64,000 nucleotides of DNA. Source: Camelus dromedarius (lineage: Eukaryota). The stretch's first letter is position 1, and the number at the start of each line of letters is the position of its first letter. Where the stretch lies: the NCBI RefSeq assembly GCF_036321535.1, contig NC_087437.1, forward strand, positions 90,088,001-90,152,000. Direction: 5' to 3'. Of the stretch, positions 54,050 through 64,000 are shown one piece after another. Both the position numbers and the translations under genes were made by a program. The notes beneath the pieces are model-generated. The model saw only the letters and a list, made by a program, of their open reading frames with translations, was not told where the DNA came from and searched no databases.

Positions 54050-54620
54050 TATACAACTTCTGTTATCCATGAGTTAATAATTTTATGAAAATTTATGGCT
54101 CTTAGAAAAATGCTGAGCCCTTCTTTGGGCTTCAGATATCATTTCTGAATAGATGACTATCAAGTATCTACCTTTAGCATTTACCTTGGTTCTGTGTTTC
54201 AGGTCAGCCTCCTCCCATCACCTGTATGTACTTTGGGACTTTCTAATTGTTTGTACCACCATCACTTCAAAGTTAATATATCTAAGTCAATGTCCTCATC
54301 CTTCTTTCCAACCACCTTTTCCTTTGGGACTCAGTATATCTGTCAAAGTTACTGTCAGGTTCTAAATATCCAAACTGAAAACCTAACAGTCCAGCTGCTT
54401 TTGATTCATTCTATTTCCTTACTACATACATCTAGTAAGTCACTAGTTTTTGTTAGTTTGAATTTTTTTTTTGTTAGTTTTTTTTTTTTCATAGTCTTGC
54501 CTACAATAACCATCTTACTCTAGGACTGTTTGACCTAATACCTGGACTACTGCCAATTATTTGCTAACAGGCCTTTTGCTTCCAATTTTTCTGTACTTCA
54601 TCTCAACATGTACACTGCAT
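54050..54620 (+). mobile_element. L2 fragment
   Basis: AGATGACTATCAAGTATCTACCTTTAGC, CCATCACTTCAAAGTTAATATATCTAA, CCTGGACTACTGCCAA..GCTAACAGGCC. Confidence 0.7.
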
Positions 54621-54689
54621 CCCTGAAACTTCATGCAACTCAGCCTTGTAAGTGGATCTAAACCTTATTTGCTCCCAGTGTGCTAAATG

Positions 54690-55300
54690 GAGCATGGAAT
54701 CATTGTCCAAATAGTTCCCAGTAAGCTACAAGGATGAGCCAAAGTTAAAAATGATAGTAGCTAATAAGGATAAATATGAAGGTCTCCACACAGGGATAAA
54801 AAAAAATTAGCTACACTACAGGTGAAGAGAAGTTGACTCAACAGTAATTTGTATTTTGTTTTGGTTTGAAATATAGAATTTGAATTGACTTTACGTTTAT
54901 CAAGCATTATTGTGAAATGAAGGTGCCCACAAAGTGAGTTAATAGAATTCTTACATCCAGAAAAATAACTTTACTTCATTGTATTCTGGCCAGAATTTAT
55001 CTTGAAAATTGTTTTAAATTTGGGGAGCTGCTTTAGGAATCTAATAATATACTAAATGTCCTCAGTAGAAGTGTTACTAGAATAAGAGGATGTATGTTCT
55101 GCCTAAGCAAGAGAGGCTCATAGTAAGTCTGTTGAAATATTTAAGGACTGTCATGTATAAGACAAATTAAATTTATTTTGTAGACTCCAGGGAGCAAACT
55201 AAGATATTGTTAAATTTTTTTTTGTCTCAATATAAATTAAAAATTGATAATAATTGTAGCTGTTAGTCCTGTTAGAGTGTGTTGCACAGTTATGTGTCTT
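54690..55300 (+). mobile_element. L3/CR1 LINE fragment
   Basis: GGATAAATATGAAGGTCTCCACACAGG..ACTACAGGTGAAGAGAAGTTGACTCAACAG..TATTTAAGGACTGTCATGT resembles the mammalian L3 3' region. Confidence 0.6.
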
Positions 55301-57027
55301 CATTAATGCGAAAACTTCAGATTAACAACTATTAGAAAAGTTATTTCAGCTATACCAAGTGGGAAAACATCTAAGTGAGAGAAGGGGACTTTTGCAATCT
55401 CTTCTCTCACACTTTGGGTATCGGATTTGGATATTGCGGTTTAGCTTTAAAAAGATCACACCTTGATAGATGAGGAGAAATCTAGCAAGACACGCTTACC
55501 TAGGGCAATCTTTCAACCATACTGAATATTTAAAAGGTCAGTTCCCAAGTTCTGGGATCTTTGTTATTTTATCTTCTTAAACATTTTTGCAGAAATATTA
55601 CTCCTCTTCTACCAACAATTTAGTATCTTTTTTTAAAATTCACAACTTCCAGTTTTCTCTATTTCCAATGCTAACATCCTTCCAAATTGTGATGTACAGC
55701 TAATAAAAACAGATTTTATGTCATTTACAAGTGCACAAACAGATACTGGTGTTTCTCATCTCAAATTCACTGTAAAGGGAATTCTTCATAGAGTTGGATC
55801 TGAGGGTGACCTGGCCACAGCCTCTTCTGACTTTTGATCATCAGTATTGATGCAGATAATCTAAATGGCCAGGGAGAAATGATCAGTTTCTACCCCTCTG
55901 TGTGTGTGGGTTCTAAAAGGTCTGAGCAGATCACATTCTCAATCAAAGAATCCATAATCAATATGTAACTGATCTGTATTTTAAGGGATGAGATTGTTAT
56001 GTTCCCCAGCTAGAAACTACCTGCTTGGCATTTAGGCCAACAGACTATTTAATGTCCTTATCAAAACCAAGCTTAGAGTACTATACAGTACAGTATAATT
56101 CTTATTTGCCTCCTTCATCTTGTCAACTCTGGACTATTCATTTTCCTTTAAGCATGCCATTTACAAGTAAGGTTCAAGTCTTCGCTTTGACCTGAATCTT
56201 CTTCCTCATTGCTTGTCACTCAGTTCTCCTACTCCCACAAAATCTGGGTTAAGTCTTAATTCCACCAGAAAATCTTTCTAATTATTCCTAAACATCAGTG
56301 AATTCTTCTACTTTAAAAGCCTTTGTCTTTATTATATCTTCTTGGGTAGATCTTTGGAGCTAATTGTCTTTCAGTAAAATTTTCCATATATTCTTTTCAC
56401 AACTAACTTACTATTTCTCCTCCTTTTTTTTTTTTTTTTTTGGCTTCTTATTTTTAGTCAGTTTTTTTTTCTTTCAACTAAAATTAATTGATCTCTTTTT
56501 AACTGTGTTAGGATATAGAGTTACAGAGACAAGAGACACAATTCACACCCTCTCAAAACTCAATATTCTGCGAAGGAGAAACATGTGACTGTCAAATTCA
56601 GTCTGAGTAGAGGCACTTCAGTGGAGGCATCAAGAAGTGCTAAGGAAGTCCAGCTCCTAACTTTTACAACTCTACTCATTACACATTTAAACCAAACCTG
56701 GTTTTTCATAGGTGGATATATGCATGGCTTTCTGGAACGTCCTTCTTCACCTTCTTCCTAACATCACATGAATATAACTAGATAGCTGCCCTAAGTAAAT
56801 GGTAGCAACACTGAACTTGAGACAAGCAAAAACTGATCTTTACAATTTGGCTATGAATGGAGGAGACTGTTGTGTATTGGAATTCATAGAGCTGAGAAAA
56901 TTTTTAAATGATTTTTAAGTTGGTGACGAGAAAATTTTTGTGCTTAAAAAAAGTCATAGAAATGAGAGCATTTATCGTTGTCTATGAACTTGAATACATT
57001 GTATGCTTATTTATTTTTCAGGACAAA

Positions 57028-57225
57028 GATTGGTTAGCTGAGGTGCTTCAAGAAGCAGACACCAAACAGGGTTAAACCTACAAGAGACATATTGGAGGCA
57101 ATGTCTGTGAAACATAAAAGGAGAGGGAGCAGGAGTAGGCAGAGAGAGTCTTTGGACCACGGGTAGGAAGAGTCTTAGACTGCAACACAGTTCTAATGGA
57201 GTTTGGGCCAGGCTGACAAAATGAA
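57028..57225 (-). mobile_element. LTR16-like (ERVL) LTR fragment
   Basis: AAGAAGCAGACACCAA..ACAAGAGACATATTGGAGG..CTGTGAA..GGAGAGGGAGCAGGAGTAGGCAGAGAGAG..GGGTAGGAAGAGTCTTAGACTGCA. Confidence 0.65.
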
Positions 57226-57262
57226 TGTATAGAGGCAGCAATGAATAACACGGTGTATGGGA

Positions 57263-57289
57263 GTGTGTGTGTGTGTGTGTGTGTGTGTG
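57263..57289. repeat. (GT)13 microsatellite
   Basis: Seen directly. Confidence 0.93.
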
Positions 57290-58549
57290 ACTTTCTTCTT
57301 CAATGCCTTGAAAAGGAGAGAGAAAACAACCAAAAGAGACATGGTTGAAGAGCAATTGATTAACTTAAGAATATCAACAAAGAACTAACGATTTTAAAGC
57401 TTACGTGTTTTTGAAATAGAAGTGAAGACAAGTAATGTTGATTGCTTCTTCAGTGGAAGATAAAATAAGCAAACTGTATTTTTAAATTTAGAAAAAAATT
57501 CATTCTCAGAGTCTAGCATGATGTCTTACATTGGATATTTGTTAAATAAGTATTATCCAGGGGAAAAAAATGTATAACGTAAAACTTCGTAATGCATTTT
57601 TCAAATCATCCCTCTATTTCTTCTTACAGGTATTTTCACAGGTTTGATTTACTGTGCCAATTGTGTCTTCCGAAATTACAGTGCTGACTCATTCTTTTAC
57701 TTTACAAGGATTTGCGAAATATGCATACATTTTTAACATTTACTTGCCCTTTTATCAACAATTCTCTTCAGAAAATCATTAAATAGGAAGAGTAGGAATA
57801 ATATGAAATGCATCCAATTGTCGAAGTACTTTGCAAATATCGAACGAATAAGTAACATACTTGGTCTTGAAATTTTGAAGGCAATCCTTTGTTTTTCCAT
57901 TTGATTTTTCACACATAAAATAGTAAGAGGAAAAGCAAACATATTTTACTGGAAAAGTATTGTTAAGGAGAATCATAAAAGATAGAAAATATTTTGGTGA
58001 ATGTAAATACCCTAACCAAAGAAGGATTTGAGGGGCACATATGGTATATTCTCAATCTAGAAGATTGGGACTTGGGCTTGAATACAAAATAAAGAGTACA
58101 TATAGAACACTGAAGTAGAATACAGACAGAAATGTAAAATATAGAATAAATATAGAAAAAAATAATAAAATGAACTAGTTAGGCCATTAGCAAGAATATC
58201 TCACAAGTATGGCGATGAAAGTGCCTGACTAGAGACTTCGTGAGAGCTGTAAAAGGAATGTGGAAAGGAAGGAGTGACATAATAAATGATATCAAAAATG
58301 TCTAGGACTAAAGAATTTAGGAAATTGCTGAAATTTAATGGGAGAAAATAATTGGATGGCAATAGAAATATACTTATGGCCACAGATAGGAACATACTAG
58401 TGGTATTATTATGAATAAGAGATAGGATATGTTTTTTTCTCCCAAACAGGTAAATAATGATACATATATATTACTGAAAACCAACTGGATTAGAAACAAA
58501 AGTTGGACAACTTTTGTGAGGAGTTTGGCTCAAAAACATGGAAGAATAT

Positions 58550-59350
58550 TGTAAAGTAAGGAAGTTAGCCTTACCCAATGAGGTCTGGCCTTTCTTTATC
58601 TTTGGCTCTTAATAGGTAAACTCTAAACCTTTGAAACTCCCTAAGTGATACGAGTGTCTTTGCTATTCAAGATAAGCCTGTCTGACCACACCTAGGAGTT
58701 TACACTTAAAAGATAATTCAGGTTGAGGCTGCCCTCACCTGATAGTCTTAGGACTGGCCACATCAGAAAGGCCAATCATAGGCTTAGCAGGGAGCTTCAA
58801 CCATGTGATATCAGTTCATCCTCCCTGAAAGGTGTAGGGGCTGCTGGAGATTGAGTTTAACCACATGGGCAATTAACCAATCAATCATGCCTATGTAATG
58901 ATGGACCAATAATACTCTGGACACTGAAGTTTGAGTGAGCTTCCTGGGTTGGCAACACTCTGTGTTTATTGTCACACACTGATACCAGTAGGGAATACAT
59001 CCTGAGAACAATGTAGGCTTTGTATTTGGAGCCCTCGTAGACTCTACCTTATAGGACTCTTCTTTCAGCTGGTTCTGATTTGCATCCTTTCCCTATAACA
59101 AGTATAACTAGGAGTATAATAGGTTTCAGTGAGATCTGTGAATCTAGTGAATTACTGTATCTGAGGATGGTCTTGGGAAATCCCTTAACACACAACTGTT
59201 ATCAGGAGGGAGGGTAGTCATATGCAGACTATTCTTTCTAACTTTGTAGTTGAACCCTAATTGCTTGCAGTTGGAATCACAAGCCTTAAGTAGACTTGGC
59301 AGCCTGAAAGACTATGCCTTCCATCTCACAGTCTGTCTAACTCCAGATAA
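58550..59350 (+). mobile_element. MER21-like (MER21C-type) solo LTR, about 800 bp
   Basis: Starts TGTAA..AAGTTAGCCTTACCCAATGAGGTCTGGCC. Internal GGGGCTGCTGGAGATTGAGTT, AATCAATCATGCCTATGTAATGA, GAGTGAGCTTCCTGGGTTGGCAACACT. Confidence 0.85.
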
Positions 59351-60039
59351 TAGGTAAGTAGCATAGTTCCTAATTTCAAGATGAGATACGTCACTGTGGA
59401 ATAGCTGAAGCAATGTTTTGACAATAAGTATATGGGCAGAAAAGAGTTCTTCACTTCTGGAACTTAAAAATTTTATATGGAGAAAGGGTTATACTATATA
59501 AATAGTATTCAACCATACGTATATATGATAAATATGTACACAAAGGTACACACAATGAGAATATGAGTATACAGTCGACATCCCATTGAAAGCTACATAT
59601 TTATTTGAGAATAAATTTGAGAATAGAAACCAGAGTTAACATCTTTTCCATTTCCTGTGGTTAATCCTTTCCTTCACTTATATATTTTATTTCATCCACT
59701 CAGTTATAGTCTAGGTCCCTGGAACAGTACTATCTCCTCGTCTTCCATCCAGAACCCTGTTCAAGGAATGAATTCTGCTCCCTCATGCATGCTTTGCACA
59801 TCTCCTTCTAAATGGCTACCATCCCCTGTGCCTACTGGTCCACTTGCCTAAAACTAACTTGTGACCTAAATACTTCTATTCCTTCAAGCTGCCATGCAGT
59901 ATCATTCTTTCAACACCAAAAAACTTAAAAGAAAATCTTAGGCTTGCTCAAATCCTTTATTGTTCTTGGTAATCCAGCATATGTATAATTTCTATACTTG
60001 CTTTTTAGAAATGTTGCCAATATTTCATTACATTATATT

Positions 60040-60600
60040 AATTGGGTCAGAGAAAGTTTTCTAAGCATTGATGTTCTTTGACATCTCTGCAATGCTGTAC
60101 TATGTTGAGTACTGCCTTATTTTTGAAACATCTCTCTTGGCTTCTAAGATGCTATACCACCCATGCAGTTTTTTTTTCCTAACTACATTTTTGCTGACTT
60201 TCAATGTAATTTTTTCCTTTCTCTATATGCCAGTGGTCTTAAGGTCTTTTCTTTGCTCCTTTTCTTCTTTCCCTATGATTGATCATTTGCTATCTCATTC
60301 ATTTTCAAGGTTATTACTGTATCTCCTGTGCACATGCTTCACAGATCTACAAATTCATTTCCAATGTATTTTAGAAATTCTTCCTGTTATTTTGAGGAGC
60401 TTATATACACATCACCTTCTGGATGCCTTGTCACCACAGGGTCAAGACATCCCAAAGTGGCCATTAACTTTCTCATAAATATTCTCCTAATTTTGGATCA
60501 ACTCAAAAACTTCCAGTTTCATTTCAATCAAAGAACAAGTAAGATTTTGATAGGAATAAAAAAAAAATCTCTTTGGATCAATACAACTCGTTATTTCACA
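60040..60600 (+). mobile_element. L2 fragment
   Basis: TTCTTTGACATCTCTGCA..TTTGAAACATCTCTCTTGGCTTCTAAGAT..CTTCTGGATGCC pyrimidine-rich L2 pattern. Confidence 0.6.
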
Positions 60601-60687
60601 TTAAATTAGTTCTCTGATATCCTACTCATCTCTATTGTATAGAGCTATGCTTGACAGCAATTGCAATATAAAGGGTATGCGTGTATA

Positions 60688-60757
60688 GATTGATAGATAA
60701 AAGATAAATAGATAGATAGATAGATGGATAGCTAGCTAGCTAGCTAGCTAGATTGAT
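60688..60757. repeat. Compound (GATA)n/(TAGC)n tetranucleotide repeat
   Basis: Seen directly. 60729-60750 is a perfect 22-bp palindrome. Confidence 0.92.
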
Positions 60758-62774
60758 TCCAGGAACTCAGGAGATTATTGCAATTTGTATTATTCTAGTC
60801 AAGTGAGTAGTTTTTGACTTAGTCTCACAAATAAATCTCACTTCTCTGCCTTCTCCATATAATTGGTACCTCAGACTATCTGTGAAGCTCTTGTTTTACC
60901 CCTGGATATACTCTTGGATCACCCACAACTCAAAGGCCCTAGGTTTGCCTCATATCTTCTATAAATGTTAACCTCCTTTAAATTTGGACCATTACTGAAT
61001 CATTCAATGCTGCCCTGACATTTTACACATTACTTTTATACTATTTATGGCATCGTATTACTGGAACAATTATATTCACTAATATGCCCTTCCACTCTGT
61101 TCTGATTATGACTATTTTATTTAGAAAAAATTATGGGCATGAACTGGACCTTCTAGGATAATTTTTGAATGATTAATCAATCTAATTACTATATGGTACT
61201 ATAGAAATGTACCTAGGTGATACATTATGCCTAAAAGGGGGCATTACAAAGCTTAGCTTTAACTATAAGAATCAATGTGCAGAATTTGTTTTAAATAACA
61301 CCTGAGAAAATACTTCAGTGTCACTGGAAATAGATCAACTCTCTCAGGTCACAAGGGAAAGGATATCAGAACTTCCGTTTGTTCAGATCCCCTAGTGGGT
61401 CTAGGTTAAGTATGTTCACTGAAATATTCCTTGTCTTTAGAAAGAAACTTGTTGTAAAATATTTTCTAATACCTATTAATTATCATGATGTGCACAAGGG
61501 AAAAAAAATCAAAGCACTTGATGCCTTTTGAAAGGGACTAGATGGAAAGATATGACTTTTCTAACTGTATTTTTTTAATGGTAGAGGTGGGGTGGTTGTC
61601 ACATTTGATTTGATTGATGGTTTTCCCTTCTCCTCCTTAATTGGCCAGAATTTCCTGGCTAAAGTAAGAAGTAAGACTGGACTAGCTAAAACATCAATCA
61701 CTCTGGCAAGTGCTGTTCCCCGTAATCAGAAATAGCATATAATAAGGTTGTATACTCTATATATTGCATAGCTTTCCTTGGCTCTCAGGGGGAAAAAAAA
61801 GACATTGAAGTGAGAAGGATTATTGTCATTTCAAAAAGATGTCATATATATTATATACATATTTACATACATACACACATTTATACATATGTACACACAT
61901 ATACCTATGTGGTCCTTTCTTAAAAAATTATTTTTTTAACTTTAAAACCACATTTTTTAAAGCTTCAAGAGTTATGCAAAGAAACCAATAACTTTTCTTG
62001 AGTCTTTAAGGAAATAACCTATTCTAAGAGCAATTCTTCTCTTGGAAAATTACTTCTATTCTGATTTTTCTTATCTGCAAGGTGATCTGATTCAAAACCA
62101 TTAACAGTTTCTTCAGCAACCAAAAGTGAGACGCAAAAGATCATATAAAACTAAAGCAAAGTGTCTACGTATAGACTCGAGGATCTCCAGTGTTGTATCT
62201 AAGCTTCCATCTTAAGTTTCTGTGCCCATAAATCACATGTACTAAGTAAAATAAATAATTTTGAAAGGCATGATGACAGAATTTTTAATTATTTAGAAGA
62301 ATACCTATAATAGTATATGTGGTTCAAAATAATAGTGAGCCTACATAATTACTAAAATACAAAATTTTATTTCTTTATATATGAAATTACATGAAAAATA
62401 TGGAACCAATTAATATAAATATTCATTCTGAGAGTTCTGCCTCCAAAAGTTTATAAATAATTTTAGTGTTTAACTTCGCTGTTATTTATTTGTCATTATC
62501 AGAAAAAATTGCAGTAATACATATTTACCACTTGAAAATAAAATAAATGCCACTTCAATTAAATGAAAAGCATATAACTAATTTTAATAAGATTCTATTT
62601 CTAGGTAGCAAAATCATAAGAGAAGTATACAATTTAAATTGAATGAGAGATCTTATTACATTTTCATTTTATTTATGGCAAATAGTATTTATTTTTCTAC
62701 ATTATCTCCTTAAAATTTTTTTTCAGTACGCATGCCATGTAAAATAGAATAGGTAATTATAATATGATGTCAGA

Positions 62775-62940
62775 CTCACATGAATGACTTGGGGCAAGGG
62801 TGAATCACTTTTCTAGACACCTGCAGTAAATATAGCGTAGTGGGCATGGTTTGTTAGCTGGTCTGTTTTCACTCCCTCCTTGCTACTTTCTACAGAACCT
62901 TAATTTGTGTACCCTTGCCCCAAGTAATCCATGAGTTTCA
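62775..62940. mobile_element. Unclassified MITE-like element with terminal inverted repeats
   Basis: 62779-62801 versus 62911-62933 are 21/23 complementary, with a perfect 15-bp core ACTTGGGGCAAGGGT / ACCCTTGCCCCAAGT. Confidence 0.55.
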
Positions 62941-64000
62941 TTGTCTCCTAGTTCCGAGGGCCTGCCTTGGTTAAACTGAAACCATCACAGTTATCCCATA
63001 GAAGGACATTGCGTTAGGAACCCCAACTTTAGCCAGGAGGTATGGCCAGCCTATAGACCTGTTATTATTTGTAGGGTGAGACAAGGGAATGAGAAAGACA
63101 GAAACCTACTGAAGGGAATGATTTGAGGGCTACACTGGAGAAAGAGGTCCCTCTCTGATGCATACTGAATATGAATAAGGAAGCATGTTGTTCCAGGCCT
63201 TGTTTGCTGTGTTTTCCAACAAACGTGTGGAGATTTTCTGAATTCAAAGTCTGTACTCAGTAAATCTGTCAGTCCCTCCATTCCCCACCACCAAGCCCCT
63301 AACTTTCTAACAGTGGTCTTTTTGTATGCAAAAGAGAGTATTCAAGGTGCTCAGACTGCATTGTTTCCTTTATCATTGCAACCCTGGGGTACTGCATCTC
63401 TAGTTGCCAGATTAAAAAACAAACAAACAAAAAACCCTGAAGCACTAAAACTTTTAAATTCTCTGCTCACAAACACAATGCTGGTGAGAAGCACAGCCAA
63501 GGTTTGAAAGCCTGTTCTCTTACTCTAGCTGGAGTGAGCATTCCACATGGACAGGGATGAACTGAGAATCTGAGTCCTTAGACATACTGCCAGTTAAGGA
63601 ACAGACAAAGCCCCCAGCCCACTGCCTTGATTTCATAATCCACAGCTTGCTCGGGTGACCTGTCAGGTGCCCTGCCCTACCCCACCCCTACCCTCCAGCT
63701 TCCAGATGGTACCCTGCTCTCCTTAGTGCCCTAGGATTTCTCTTGTCCTCTTTTTTCTAGAGGATCACATACACCACAATCTCTGCTAGTTTATGGAGGA
63801 TTTATTGGTCAAGGGTATATTCCTCAAAATGTTAGAGCAGGCATAGTGAGATATGAGCAGATAAAGGGGGATGCAGGCCAAATGGTAGGTTTAGGCAAAA
63901 GGAGGGGCACAGGCCAAATACAGGAAACCATACACTGTGTAAACAACAGGGGTCCCTGGGCAGGGAAAGAAAAGCTGGAATTTCTGGGCTGGTTAAGTGG

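Noticed and set aside
55375..55410. 12-bp purine/pyrimidine hairpin
   Set aside because: Short and low-complexity; expected by chance.
60729..60750. 22-bp perfect palindrome
   Set aside because: A trivial consequence of the self-complementary (TAGC)n repeat.
1..64000. ORF-track ORFs as real genes
   Set aside because: All are short (136 aa or less) and low-complexity or repeat-derived. The only recognisable ones are L1 ORF2 fragments and pieces of the cTAGE pseudogene.

Overview
AT-rich, CpG-depleted mammalian genomic DNA, most likely camelid (a Vic-1-type tRNA-derived SINE at 51780-51980 and camelid-style L1 3' ends). It reads as intergenic or deep intronic sequence. I can support no intact protein-coding gene; the ORF track is chance ORFs, repeat translations and L1 ORF2 fragments. 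The main non-repeat feature is a decayed, intronless, minus-strand CTAGE5/MIA2-like (cTAGE/TANGO1 family) retro-pseudogene at about 47861-50282, with a much shortened proline-rich tail. The rest is a typical eutherian repeat landscape: L1, L2, L3/CR1, MIR, MLT1, MLT2, LTR16-like, MER21-like, MER5/MER58/MER63 and microsatellites. Structural oddities include three internally inverted (twin-primed-type) L1 insertions, a tail-only insertion with a perfect TSD, a 40-bp fold-back hairpin made from an MLT1 LTR, an unclassified MITE-like element and a paired POU/FOX-motif inverted repeat. Repeat family names and protein matches come from my recollection of consensus sequences and manual translation, not from database searches. 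I do not see convincing evidence of a new biological system.
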